Assembly: GCA_043228905.1 (NCBI GenBank)
Contig: JBHGNT010000008.1
Location: 6,634,001 to 6,698,000, forward strand
Length of the DNA stretch: 64,000 bases
Source: Azolla caroliniana
Lineage: Eukaryota; Plantae; Polypodiophyta
Reading direction: 5' to 3'
Part shown: one piece after another, positions 1 through 12,748 of the stretch
Layout of the letters: the number at the start of each line of letters is the position of its first letter
How positions within the stretch are numbered: the stretch's first letter is position 1
The notes under the pieces: model-generated
Told to the model about the DNA's origin: nothing
The model's input: the letters and a program-made list of their open reading frames with translations, nothing else
Database searches by the model: none
Translations under genes and position numbers: made by a program

Positions 1-633
1 GTTTGTATTTGATTCATGATATTTGTTATCAGAGCTTGGTACAAATGTTTGTTTGGTCTCATAAGTCATATTTGACTTTGGAAAACAATAATATAATCTA
101 TTTATCTTTGTAGGTCATTAACTATTGTCAGTTGATCTAGGAAACCAAAGGAGAAGACGAACAAGTATTCTTTGTTTTTTCTATTTATGCTCTAACACAT
201 ACATTATGTTATGGCAATCGTTTTATATGAAATGCATTGACTTTGATTTTTTGAAACTTATAATGATATATTAAACATTTACCATTTCGAGAGTACATTT
301 GATATCTCGTCATTAATATACATATTTACTTTTGCTCTCTATGTATTGATTAGTGCCTCTTTTTTCTCAAACATTAATATATGTAATATGGGCTAATTGA
401 ACATTTATGAATGTTTTATTTTATATTTATCAATTGTTGTACTTGGTCTTTACTGCCAATCAATCTTTAATTGATTGCCATTTATATTTATTCGATCATG
501 AATAGATCATTAATTATCACCATTGATACTTTTGATTGATCTTACTCAGTGTTTGATCGATCAATAGCCCTCATTCTTTGATCATTAGCACAAGATGATT
601 AGTCGCGCGAATGCACATATGTTCGTGCACATT

Positions 634-864
634 TGTTGCTTTATAAAGAACTATGTAGAGCAAGAAAGTGTGTTCCCACACACACACAAATTCGAGGTAG
701 TCGAGGATCTAGAATGTGTCCCCACTTACGTACGAATACAAGATCCTATTTAAGGGTTTAAAAGGTCAACACACTAATTAGATTCTATCTAGGTAACTAC
801 TAAGTTACGTGGTTAACTAAATGGCTAAACTTAGTTGAGATAGGCTAAACTTAGTTGAGCTTGA
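634..864 (-). mobile_element. LTR remnant, same family as the solo LTR at 53227
   Basis: The reverse complement starts TGTTGAGATATCAAGCTCAACT and contains GTAGTTACCTAGATAGAATCTA and CCTTAAATAGGA, co-linear with 53227-53380. The left end is approximate and no TSD was found. Confidence 0.6.
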
Positions 865-2689
865 TATCTCAACAACTTCAACCTAAGACCTATCAATAAT
901 ATACCTATTGTTTACTTCGAAGCTATGAAATATTTGCAATTATTATTATAATGTTCATATAATAGTAATAAACAATCAAACACCATACAAAACCAACTTG
1001 ATATATATGTACACACACACAAAATCTATCAAAATTTTATAGGTGCTCAATGTGCATGTGAAACATGTGCATTTATACATATACCAAATTGTGCAATCGG
1101 CGTCTATTACTACATGATCTTAAAAACCAAGATCATTAGTTCATGCTCAATGTAGACAACTCTATTTACTTATTTTTGCCAATCCAATGTCCAAGTAATT
1201 TTAAGGCGAATAAACATAGTTGAGCCTCAAAGATTTGCCATGCATTATTAAGATAGAGTTCGTGGACAAATGTTGAAGGGTTATTTATGTGCTACCACGA
1301 TAACTTTTGATCTCAAACTTCATCTCATATATCTACAAGGGCTATTTATGTGAGATGTTTTCTTACATAATTCACGAGAGATCTTCATGGCACTAAGCTA
1401 GTGACTGCACCTTCAATAGGGGTGTATGTAATGCCTCACCACCCTCCCCAACCAAGCATGAACAACACCATTCTTTCTTCTTTCTTCACCTCAACCCTAA
1501 ACCCCAATACTAGGGTAAAAGAACATTCACAACATCAAGCAAGTGACCATACCTTTGATTGGTGTGTTTATAATGACCCAACGACCCTCCCAACCCCATA
1601 CACAATTGTGATTTTTTTTCTTCAAAGATTTTCCTCATAAGTATTAAAAAAAACATGTGAATGCTACAACTTAAGCTTATGTGCCCAAAAGCTTACAATT
1701 TTCATGTACACAATTATGATTACGTGGGGCATTGCCCTAATTCCCATGTTGACTAACAACCCTCACATGACAACTACATGTAGATTAATGTCAACCCATG
1801 GCACAACTTCCAAAATAATGACACCTAAGTACACTGGAACTACACATGTCATGATGTAACTTAGGCATGCTCCAACTACACATGTCTCGATGGTGTCTAC
1901 CCATCCCATGTCTATATGTGCATTGACGACTATTCGCCCCACGATTAGACTCATGATGAAGACTACCCACGCCTTGACTACACTTGTGACGAAGTCTACC
2001 TGCATTACAGATACAAGCAGTGTTGATGATTGTCTACTTGTGTTAATGATAAAACGTAACATGGGAGCTACCCATGAGGCAATGCTTGGCCATTTCATGC
2101 CTTCCAATGGAACCACTATGAGTGTGGCCACAAGCATGGTTATGAATGGAATGGCCATGAGAGTCAATTCCAATGAGAACTTATTTCTATCCATTTGTGT
2201 GTGTGTGGTCAAACATGTCAAAGGGAAAAAAATCTGAAAGAGAAAGTTGAGTGCAGCCCTTTTTTCTTTTACTATTGGAAATAATTGCTTCAGAAACTTG
2301 TGCCCTTAATGGAGGAAACATTGTAATTTGTAGTTGTTTCCTACAAAAGAGAAAATTGCTTGCTTCCGAGTTCAAACCATGCAAGAGCAAATTTCATTGT
2401 ATGCTTGTATTCCATAAATGCAATCAAGACAATTTGATATAGTCTCTGTCATGCACGATGCTGAATGACATGGTTGCATTTGGAATATATATTTGGTATA
2501 GCAATTAACATCTAAAGCAACTTGATTTCAAGCATTGCAGAAGAGTATATGCCTGGTATGTCAGTTGACAATCAAGAACACCCAATGACTCAATTTCTAT
2601 AATACATATATATTAAGGAAAGGGTAGTGTATTATGGCTGAAAGGATGTAAGTGGGTGGCTGGTACCAATTTAAAAGGTGATATTTTTT

Positions 2690-4954
2690 TCAATGCAGGC
2701 TAGAAATCTGCATTTCCGCATCTGCAAAGATGTTCGCCATAGAGACATAAGCCGAGACATCAGTGCTACTCAGTCCTATGGCTTGTGCAAAAGCATGTTT
2801 CCCAAGTTCCACATCACCCCACTTCCGACAAGCTCCCAAGATAGTATGCCAGGGTGTTGCACTGGGATGAAATGGCATTTCTTTTATCAATATTACTGCA
2901 CTATCAACATGACCTGCACGGCCAAGGAGATCCACCAGGCAAGTATGGTGCTCAGGAGTTGGAATAATACCATACTCCTTGCTCATGGCTTCAAAATATA
3001 GATGGCCTTCATCTACTTTACCAGCATGATTACACACATTAAGAATGCTAACAAGCGTAACCGTATCGGGTTTCCGGCCTGTTCCTATCATTCTTTGAAA
3101 GAGATTGAAAACATTTTCACTTTCCCCGATTTGTGAGTACCCTACAAGCAATGTATTCCATGAAACTTCATCTTGATCTAGGAGATTTTCAAACACATAC
3201 CGTGCTTCTAATAGCAAGCCACACTTTGCATACAGATCAACTAGTGTGTTGCCAATAATAAGGTCAGATTCCAAACCTCTTTTCACAATATCGGAATGTA
3301 TTCCTTCACCCAAGTCTGTAGCTCCTATGTTGCCACAAGCTTTTAAGGCACAAAGAAATGTAACCACATGTGGAGAAACACCCTCGTGTTCCATCTTTTG
3401 TAGACAATCAAGTGCGTCCTCATTTAGTCCATGTTCTACAAACCCTCCAATAAGTGCATTCCATAAGACAACATTTTGAACTTGCAAACTATCGAATACT
3501 TTACAAGCCTCCACAAATAACCCACATTTCACATATATCCCAACCAAGGTGCTTGTGACAGCAAGGTCTGCTTCAAAACCTTTCATAACAATCTCCGCAT
3601 GTATCCCCTCAGCTTTATTGATAGCTCTTGAATTTCCACATGCTTTCAAAGCACATGAATATGCTACTTCATCAGGTGAGATATTGTCATATGGTATATT
3701 TTCAAAACAGTCAAGGGCTTCCCTATTAAAGCGATGTTCAACAAAACCTGTCATCAATGAGGTCCAAGAGGCAACATCTCGAGTGGAAAGTTTATTAAAT
3801 GCTTCATGTGCATTTGTAATCATTCCACATTTGACATACATGTCGATCAAGGAATTCCCAGAAAGAAGGTCCAATTCCATTCCTCCGATGGCAAGGATTG
3901 TATGTATCTCTTGACCCTTTCCTTGAGCTCCTATACTTCCACAGGCTTTCAGCACAAAAGCAAAAGTTACGTTGTCTGGATAAATAGCACAATGTTGCAT
4001 CTGTGCAAAGAGCCGAAGAGCCTCTTCACTTTGCTCATGTTCAGCATACCCTGCAATCAGAGAAGTCCATAAGACCACATCGCCATCTGGAAGATTGCAA
4101 AACAAGTACCTTGCTTCCACAAGTGAACCACTCTTAGCGTACATGTCGATCAAAGCGCTTATTAGAGTATCATTCTCGAATCCCGACTTGCAAATTTCTC
4201 CGTGTATTTCTTGACCCTTGCCTATGGCTCCCAAACAGCCACACGCTTTCAAACTGCAAATGTATGTCGCTGCATCCGCAGAAATGCCCTCTCTCTGCAT
4301 CTCTTCGAGGCAATGTAGCGCTTCCTTGGGGTATCCGTTGTCTGCATATCCTACTATGAGTGCGGTCCACGAGACCATGGTCCTCACTTTAAGCTTTTCA
4401 AATTGCTCCTTTGCTTTCAGAATCAGCCCTGATTTTGAGTACATATTAACCAGGGTGTTCCCAACCAGGAAATGTCCCTCCATCCCTCTCCTTGAGACTT
4501 CATCGTGTATCTTTCTACCTTTCTCGAGAACCCCAAGGCCAGTGCACGCCTTCAATGCCGAAGCATATGTGTAAACATCTGGAGACACACCTTCGTGTTT
4601 CATCTGCTCGAAGCATAGGAGGGCCTCCTTCAAATGGCCACAAGCCACACATCCTACCATCAATGCAGTCCATGAAACCACATCTCGAACCGGAAGCATG
4701 CTGAGCACTTCTCGCGCTTTCCCAATGGACCCGCATTTAGCATACATGCTGACCAATGCACTTCCAAGGTAGGCATCTTTTCTAAGTAATCTCTTCTCAA
4801 CAATACTAGCATGGATTTGGCATCCTCTCTGCAGATCTCTCTTTGTGGCACATGCTTTCAACAAAGACACAAGAGTTCTAGGGTTCAAAGCCTTTCTTCC
4901 ATCATCATCATCATCATCTTTTTCTTTTTCATCTTCTTCTTCTTCTTCTTCCAT
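2690..4954 (-). CDS. PLS-class pentatricopeptide repeat protein ending in E1 and a partial E2, no DYW domain (organellar RNA-editing specificity factor type)
   Basis: Intronless 754-aa ORF with about 20 P/L/S motifs (e.g. VVSWTALMVG, ALVSMYAKCG), the P2-L2-S2 block (HHTCLVDLLGRAG), E1 (WHTILGACRKWGDVELG) and a truncated E2 (AYVSMANIFAD). The true N-terminus is uncertain. Confidence 0.95.
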   Translation of the reverse strand: MEEEEEEDEKEKDDDDDDGRKALNPRTLVSLLKACATKRDLQRGCQIHASIVEKRLLRKDAYLGSALVSMYAKCGSIGKAREVLSMLPVRDVVSWTALMVGCVACGHLKEALLCFEQMKHEGVSPDVYTYASALKACTGLGVLEKGRKIHDEVSRRGMEGHFLVGNTLVNMYSKSGLILKAKEQFEKLKVRTMVSWTALIVGYADNGYPKEALHCLEEMQREGISADAATYICSLKACGCLGAIGKGQEIHGEICKSGFENDTLISALIDMYAKSGSLVEARYLFCNLPDGDVVLWTSLIAGYAEHEQSEEALRLFAQMQHCAIYPDNVTFAFVLKACGSIGAQGKGQEIHTILAIGGMELDLLSGNSLIDMYVKCGMITNAHEAFNKLSTRDVASWTSLMTGFVEHRFNREALDCFENIPYDNISPDEVAYSCALKACGNSRAINKAEGIHAEIVMKGFEADLAVTSTLVGIYVKCGLFVEACKVFDSLQVQNVVLWNALIGGFVEHGLNEDALDCLQKMEHEGVSPHVVTFLCALKACGNIGATDLGEGIHSDIVKRGLESDLIIGNTLVDLYAKCGLLLEARYVFENLLDQDEVSWNTLLVGYSQIGESENVFNLFQRMIGTGRKPDTVTLVSILNVCNHAGKVDEGHLYFEAMSKEYGIIPTPEHHTCLVDLLGRAGHVDSAVILIKEMPFHPSATPWHTILGACRKWGDVELGKHAFAQAIGLSSTDVSAYVSMANIFADAEMQISSLH

Positions 4955-5667
4955 CTTTCTGTACAGATGGAAGAGAGCTTACTGTGTCTGCCGTGCGAGA
5001 TCTTCATGTGGGTCTGAAGTGTCTCATCTGGCACAAGGAAGGAACTTGCATATGATGAGGACGAACAGTCGGAGCAGGGCATGTAGTTCTCCAAAATTAC
5101 AAATGTATGCTTTTGCACTTTTATATGTATTGCTCTTTTATATGTATTGCTGTGCTGATGAGTCTCTATTGGCTGTGGCCCAACCAATTTCAGAGCACCT
5201 TTCTTGTGATGCTCCCTGCTAGCTATCTATGGTGGCATTGCATGCTTTCATCAGGGATCGATCACAAGGGCCAGACCGAACCACAGAAAAAGGCCTCACC
5301 TCCACTTTGTTGTGAACTACAACCCTACATTTTTTTCACCTTGAATCTCAACTAATCATTTGTAACTTAAATCCCATCCATAGATGTTTCATTCATATGT
5401 ATCTTCACATGCCTGAAACTTCAATCACATGTGCATTTGTTTTGATTGATGTCTACTTACAACTGTAACCACACATGGGGGCCGTAGGAAGAAAAGAAAA
5501 TTGGTGTGGCAATATAAATGATGTCATGCTTATGTCCTTCCCCGCGTGATTGACAATCTCCTTGATCCTTAAAAGTTTGATGTGATCGTGTCCAACCTAT
5601 GCATAGGCCAATATGCCCAAGGTGGAGTTTTTTTTTTTTTTTTTGGGGGGGGGGGGGGGGGCTCCTG

Positions 5668-6072
5668 GTGTTAAGGATCGATCAAATTGTTGGCATACAC
5701 CCAGAGATGCCACATGGAGTCCACGATAGGGCTCTTAGCCCATGTGCAAGGATTGAACTCGTGAGTATATTCCCGTGTTGTTAGAATATATACAACAAGA
5801 GTGTTAAGGATCAATCAATTCGTTGGCATGCACTCAGAGATGCCACATGGAGTCCACGATAGGGCTCTTAGCCCATGTGCAAGGATTGAACTCGTGAGTA
5901 TATTCCCGTGTTGTTAGAATATATACAACAAGAGTGTTAAGGATCAATCAATTCGTTGGCATGCACTCAGAGATGCCACATGGAGTCCACGATAGGGCTC
6001 TTAGCCCATGTGCGAGGATTGAACTTGTGAGTAAATGTCGGGCCCTGTGTTGTTAGAATATATACAACAAGA
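5668..6072. repeat. 133-bp tandem repeat, 3 copies
   Basis: GTGTTAAGGATC recurs at 5668, 5801 and 5934. The units are near-identical and the third runs into an LTR-like sequence. Confidence 0.9.
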
Positions 6073-6468
6073 TATACACATCGAATACACGATGGACCCC
6101 CAAGACAAACAAGATGAAACACAAAATTGAGATAAAGGAATGATTTTACGTAAATTATATACTTAATGATAGAAGAATGTAGAGATGTAGTACTATAAGA
6201 AAATAGTGATGCCAAACGACCTTTGTTTTCTCATGATTCTCTATGTTTTCTTGTGTGTGCACTATTTGGTATATGCATTATGCTTCCTTTTATAGGCGTG
6301 GGAGGCTTCTTCATGTGCGGCACACGTCACTTTCTTCTTTTCTTCCTCGAGTTTTTGATCCAACGCATCCATGATTCAAAAAATGAAAATAGTTTATCTG
6401 AAGTTCTTGTTGAATCTCAAGTGTGAGCAAATTAGAGAATGTTGTTGTCAATCTCAAGTTTTTGATCT
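6051..6468 (-). mobile_element. Probable LTR fragment hosting the 6469 solo LTR
   Basis: Begins TGTTAGAATA and has a minus-strand TATA (CCTATAAAAGG) near 6290. The far end and TSD were not resolved. Confidence 0.4.
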
Positions 6469-6927
6469 TGTTGAGAATCAAGCTCAACATAGTGCAACGT
6501 GTGAACACACCTTTTGAGAATCTATGATTACTCAAAGGTCAAGTGTCACACCACTACTATCTACACATTAACTATGTGTCATAGAATCATATTTTGTGAC
6601 AACATAACGAATGAGTTACATATTCCCCATGACTATGAGTCTTTACATTTCCCAAGAGAGAGTAGAGTAGTTGTTATAGTTAGTTAATGAAGAGAGAGGG
6701 TGACTATATATAAAGCACCCTCCCCATACTTCATATTACGTTGGTTGTGACTCCTTGTAATGCTACATTTTGTATTTGCTATTTTACTTGTCAATATACA
6801 CATTCTTCTTCTTGAGTATTTCATTTCTCTAGCTTATCTATCTTGTGTTTCTCTTCTCTTCTCTCCTTTCTCTCACACATAACACACATCGCTTCCGCTA
6901 CACACGAATCATACTCGATTCTTTACA
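6469..6927 (+). mobile_element. Solo LTR with 5-bp TSD GATCT
   Basis: TGTTGAG...TTTACA termini, GATCT at 6464-6468 and 6928-6932, internal TATATAAAG, and a CTTCCGC motif near the 3' end as in the 53227 LTR. Confidence 0.85.
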
Positions 6928-6977
6928 GATCTCAAGTCCATGATTCATTGCATACAGTTTTGTTCAACCAAATAATC

Positions 6978-7142
6978 AAGTCGTCTAACCAATTATTAGG
7001 TCACCCAACCTAATTTAATCAGGTTGTCCAACTTATTATCAAGTTGCCCAACCTATTTTAATCATGTCGTCCAACCTATTACCAAGTTGCCTAACCTATT
7101 TTAATAAGACCGCCCAACTTTCTCAACAGGTCTTCCAACTGC
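6978..7142. repeat. ~20-bp minisatellite (consensus ~AGTTGCCCAACCTATT), about 8 copies
   Basis: Repeated GT(T/C)G(T/C)CCAAC(C/T)TA cores. Possibly DNA-transposon subterminal repeats. Confidence 0.65.
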
Positions 7143-7679
7143 CAGCTACCAACAACCTGAAATGATTAAACAACAAAAATAATTGTCATATTAATATGCA
7201 TTTGAGCGTAGGGAATTAATCTCAAATCTTCATAGAGTTTTAACCAGCGCCCCTTGTTTTAATCATTAAAAACACTAAACCCTCGTTTTAATCGGGGACT
7301 AATCATCCCGATAACACTCCATCCCGATTTATGTTTAAAGTTGATTTTTTGCTGTTAGGTCTAAGTTTGTGTATGTTTTGAAGTTTTTATGTTTTAAGAT
7401 GATTTTTTGTTGTTTGGACTAAGTTTTTTGAATCGATTGGGCGAACTGCAACGATCAGAGTTGGGCGACCTCCGACAGCTTTTTCTTTCACGCGTTCTTT
7501 TTTTTATCCAAATCGGACAGTGCAGATCGCACTCTGAGCGATCTGTATGCCATTCTGATCAGATATTTATGTATGTATGTATGTATGTATGTAAGTATGA
7601 TTTGGTTAGTGTTGTGATGATCATTGATGAGATGTGTATGTCCTTCTGATCAGACATTTCCAAGCTAAAAATTCCAACA

Positions 7680-10600
7680 ATGGCTGCCATGCTCACAGCT
7701 TCCTGTGGCTTAACCACATTACAGCCCATCCCTTCAATTCTGCACACAAAGCTCTCCTCATGGCCAAGCACTACATCCCCCCTGGATCTATCACACCCTG
7801 TTTCTGCAGGTCTACGGGCTCTTTCCAATCGGAAAATGACGATGATGAAGAAGAAGAATAAGAAGAAGGATAAGGACGGACTAATTTGGATCTCTAATGG
7901 AACTCGCTGGACCGCTAGTCAATGGCTTGATAGCAGGTATGTTCATCTGTTCTTTTCGCCTTCTTTTAAACATTAGTTTTGTCTCATCATGATACTGACA
8001 CAAACTTCAGCAAAAATGATTCAAAACCTTCTTTTTGTCTCATCAGAATCCTGATACAAGCAAGCATAAGCTGAATGGTTTATATAATATAAGTTTTAGA
8101 TCTTTGTTTCCTTTTTATGAAGACAAGAAATGTAGAAAATTTGAAATACATACACAAACCACAGTGGCATGTATCTAACTAGATGATACAATAGAGAGAA
8201 GACTCCGCACAGTAGCAGCAATGGAGTATGACCGTAGCAATGGTGTGGCATTTGATGGTATCAGCCTGACTTGGGCTTGTTTTGTTGAAGTGATAAGGTT
8301 GAATCTCGTCAGTTTTTTTCTTGTATTTCTCGCCATCTTTTGATCCTCCATGGATGATGGCGCTACGTGATCACTGATCAGGTTGCATTGGACAATAACT
8401 GGAGCTATGCAATCATCACATTGACATCTTGGTCATGTTGCTGGACGATTAACCACACATGTTGCCTATCCTTGAACACCCACTATACGAAGTCTACACG
8501 TACATATCTCGACGTAATGTCCTTGCTGCAGCTATTACATCGAGGTGTGGTCCGCAATAGGATGAAAAATGATCCTCGTATTCTTAGTAGAAGCAATTTT
8601 TTTTTGCTGCTCAATATCCCTGGGTGAGAGTTTACCCACATTTAATACAAAACATCACTTCAAGGAGGCTTAAATCCCATGCTAAGTATTATATTCATTG
8701 ACAAATCAACTAACAATAACCTTGGGTCCATCACCCCCTCCCTCGATGCCACGTGCTCTGTACCTTTTCAATAGCTGTTATGAAGACTAACTTATTATTT
8801 GTAACCACCACAATTCGACATCCTTCCTTTCCACCCGATCTTACGTGGACCAAGGAACACAACCAACAAAGGCTTATACACTGTATTTCAAATTCTCCTC
8901 CACACCATTTATTTGCATGTGACTTGTAGCATCTGGGTTTGCTTTTATGCCATCATTATTGCCTGTCATTATAGCACATTTGTAACCACCACAATTCGAC
9001 ATCCTTCCTTTCCACCCGATCTTACGTGGACCAAGGAACACAACCAACAAAGGCTTATACACTGTATTTCAAATTCTCCTCCACACCATTTATTTGCATG
9101 TGACTTGTAGCATCTGGGTTTGCTTTTATGCCATCATTATTGCCTGTCATTATAGCACATTTTGTGTCTCCTAAGCACTAGCAACCATTCCCACGAATAT
9201 GGACATAATATTTTACAAGTGTTTGTGGCTTAATGGAATTGACAAAAATTGTGGGTCAAAGTGAGCAATCCCAAAGCATGCTGATGTGTTGATCTCTTTG
9301 ACCTCTGACATTACACCCCAGCTATGTGAGTGCGAAAACAAAGGCAAGATCTACATCAACATCAAACTGATCTGTTACATTTAGAATGTATAGTTAAAGC
9401 CATCCCTTGCCATTTCTTTCTATCTTTTGTACTTTTCTACTGTTACTAGTAATGATTGTTAATCATATGCTTTCTATCTTGATATTGTGCGTTAATCATT
9501 GTTAAGCAGTCATTGGTTAGTGTGAGGCTGGTTATTTGCACTCAAGGAAACTCTAGACATGCTATTTTCTTGATTATTCACGCAACTATTCACAGTTGAA
9601 ACATGCTCACCTCTTCTTCCAAAAGAAAAGGCGAAAGGCAAAAACATTCCGACATGGATGGTGGCAGAAATTTCGCTATTTCTGCAAGTTTCATGAGAAC
9701 TGCGTACTTCAGTATTACAGTTAATTGTTTGTTTACATCAAGAATCTCTAGACATGTCCACCCACAAACAATTTGCACTCAATCAATATCTAGGTATGCT
9801 ATTTGCTTGATTATCATGCAACTAGTCACAGTTGAAACATGATCACCTCTCCCTCCAAAAGAAAAGGCAAAAAAGCAAAAACTTTTGGGCATGGATGGCG
9901 GCAGGAATTTTGCTATTTCAGCAAGTTTCATGGTTGTGCTAAAAGAAATCTGTAGTTTGGTATTAGGATGAATAGGTATTGGGAGGCAAACTTGGTTTGG
10001 GATCAATGCACCAATGTCACATTTGAAACGCTTGATTTGGGCCATCAATCCTATAACGTTTGCGTTCAATGCAGTTGAATGCATTGTGAACTTAAGGCTT
10101 GAAGGTTGTTAAACTGCTTTGAGCTTTCTTGTTTCTAATATAATATTTAAATAGTAGGAAAGGAATTGTGTATGAATAGTTTTTTTTCTACCCTGAATAT
10201 TTGATGTTTAGAAGTATATTCATTATGTTATGCAGTGCTCAAGTTGAAGTTGCAGTACCTCTCTCCTTGGCTTGGGATCTCTGGTTTGATAAAGAGGGAA
10301 TTAATCGTTGGATGCCATGGATTCACTTTATTAAGGTTTGTGATAAATGCCTTTCAGATTGTTTGCAATTCTAACTCTTTGTGGGTATGCATGGCAATGA
10401 AACATAATTGAATGGGATTTATAGGTTTCAAAGGATAACCCTCAAATATCTGAATGGGTATTGAAGTATAGTACATTTGGACAAGATTTTGAGTTCAAGT
10501 TCAGTGCAAAGCTTTTACAGGTAATGCCATTTCTGTGGAAGGAAAAGGCTTTTTATTTTGCTTGTCATGAGCATCAGTGTTGGCAACTTGGGATACATTT

Positions 10601-12748
10601 TGTTTTACGTTTCTGCATATTTTTGCTGTTGTTAATAGTATGATTATAAGATTTCACACTAGTTGTGTTCTTGGACAGGTTTGCTGCCCTGGGCCCTATT
10701 AAATATAAATAGGGTGCGTCATTTTCCCTCCTATGCATTCAACAACTCATTTTTGAGCATCTAGATTCTCACCTTTTATATGTAGGACACTCAGGAGGTT
10801 CTCATTTTATGTGCATATAGGTTTGTTTATACATTTGTGCGTTTTCGTTCTTTTTCATCTTCTACGGTCTCTCTTTCATGGCACTAGGTTTTAGGATCTA
10901 TGCACATGATATACTACAAGCCATAGACAAGCGCAACAACAATCCTAAGTAAAAGACATGTGATGTACCTCCGAACAACAGAATCTCATCAATTTGTCTC
11001 TGAACCTACAATCTAGCACTTGACCCTCTGGCCACTGCATAAATGTGATTGTTTTCTAGAAACAAATTTGTCCATGCTAGATGGAAGCTCGTAAAAGAAT
11101 TAGATATTTTTATGCACAAACCATATAATTTTCTAGAGCAAGTTGAGCATTTATCCATACTTAAGGATATTTATTACCAGAAACCAGTTGTTACTGGATA
11201 TTAATTTATAGACTTTTTAAGGTAGGATTGAGTACATCTGATTCATTTTTCGTTTTGTTTATAGCCCATTTATCACCAGAAGATTCATTGGCGATCTATG
11301 GATGGCCTACAGAGCAGGTTCAAGCATATCCTTGCTATACTAGATTTTAAATTTATTCTGGAAAACCAAAATTTCTAATGTCATGGTAATATTTCTCGGC
11401 GATAACAATAACAGAGGTAATGCCAGTGCAGTAGTGCTCATCATAATTTAGACTTGCTTTTTGCTGATGCTGGAAAATGGAACCACCATTTCGTTTTACC
11501 AAACAAGTACACTTGTTCTATTCTGAATTTTACATGAGATAAAGAAAAAAGACTGCATATGCTGTACTCCAAATTTCTATCTGTTAATGTAACCTAATTG
11601 TCTATTTAAATCAATCAGATATAAAAGTAGCTTTATTTTTTTCTACTATGCATTGCCTCAAGAACTTCTGACCTTGGATTTTCTGACGTACTTGTCCTGA
11701 TCTAACATAAGACTGAAAAAAGGATGTCATAGTGTTCTTTTTGGCTAAGTATTTTTCTGCGTTGACATACTCTACTAGCTTGTTATCATGCTAATGACCT
11801 AGCTAGTAGCTCAGTGTGGCATGTCCTTTTTATTCATCAACTCTGTTTGGTTCAGCTGTGAGCTTCATGATGGGTGCATCCTTGTGCTGCCTATACAGTG
11901 ACAACATTACAAACTAGGGCTATTATACTGCAGATTCCTAATTTAAGGTATATGCTAGATGTTCGTGCTGGCTGTACAGTGACAATATTACATTCTAGGA
12001 CTATTATACTGCACATGCCTAATCTAAAGTATATGCTAGATGGTCCTAGGTGTGTATTATAGGATGAAACTGAACCTCTAGCCAAACCCCAATAGGCCTC
12101 TCTTTGGGGGATATAGGTTATGTTGAGAGTTCACTCTCTAAAATGTGTCTTGTAAATCATGATTAATTTGACTTAATAGCATTAATTTGTATCCAATCGT
12201 TTGTATTGCTTCTCTGCTGGGTTCTGTTCTCTAAATGTTCTGAAATGTGGAAAATGAAAATATCTATGTATAACAAAAATATTAAAATGCTATATTATGC
12301 AAATATTTTAAACAAATTAAAATCTTTGTTTGGGTTGTATTATATCAGGGGCACTGTTCGTTTCTATCCCCGAGGTACATCATCTGTACTAGTTCAGGTA
12401 AATGTTGTTACAAAGACTTCTTAAGAGATTTTTGTGGCCTAAATTAGAGAAAGAAGATTTTGATATGATCAAAATAATGAGTTGCAGCTAACCATTTCAT
12501 ATGAGGTACCAGATGTGCTGGCTCCTTTACTCGCGGTATACTCATTTTTCAATCCTACTTCACCCCATGGAATTGAGTTAGAGCTTGGTAGTTTTGGCAA
12601 ATGTTTAGATTTTGATGACAAAAGATTCTTGTGTCTATTATAATCCTTGCAGTCCGTATCACCATTGGTTGAGAGCGTTCTCCAGAAAGATCTCGACAGA
12701 TTTGCGATATTTGCTAAGGACTATAGCAAGAATGCTTCACCAAACTAG
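7680..12748 (+). CDS. Plastid-targeted START/SRPBCC (polyketide cyclase/dehydrase, lipid-binding) protein, tandem copy A, 232 aa
   Basis: Exons 7680-7936, 10236-10335, 10425-10520, 11265-11317, 12349-12397, 12488-12535, 12653-12748; all GT-AG, 699 nt in frame. Motifs WMPWI, QPIYHQKIHWRSMDGL, GTVRFYPRG, LTISYEVP, DLDRF match the At1g02470/At4g01883-like family. The Ser/Thr-rich N-terminus resembles a transit peptide. Confidence 0.9.
8798..9161. repeat. 181-bp near-perfect tandem duplication in intron 1 of START copy A
   Basis: GTAACCACCACAATTCGAC at 8801 and 8982. Copy B has a single unit at ~19130-19290. Confidence 0.9.
9534..9945. repeat. ~237-bp diverged tandem duplication in intron 1, also present in copy B at ~20730-21155
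   Basis: ATTTGCACTCAA...CACAGTTGAAACATG...CATGGATGG recurs at 9534 and 9771. It is shared by both genes, so it predates the gene duplication. Confidence 0.8.
11881..12042. repeat. 81-bp tandem duplication in intron 4 of copy A
   Basis: TACAGTGACAA...CTATTATACTGCA...GTATATGCTAGATG occurs twice, within a segment absent from copy B. Confidence 0.8.

Noticed and set aside
600-640. GC-rich palindrome resembling a Helitron 3' hairpin
   Set aside because: No CTRR terminus or matching 5' end could be identified.
1763-2237. Overlapping 152-aa and 115-aa ORFs downstream of the PPR gene
   Set aside because: No recognisable domain and biased Thr/Met/Val composition. Probably decayed repeat sequence.
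6978-7142. Short regular repeats (also 15155-15295 and 32339-32659) considered as a CRISPR-like array
   Set aside because: The units are contiguous and degenerate with no unique spacers, there are no cas genes, and the context is eukaryotic.
8150-8650. Coding-looking antisense segment in START intron 1, shared with 18470-18970
   Set aside because: Frame-breaking indels between the two copies and no identifiable family. The similarity is explained by the gene duplication.
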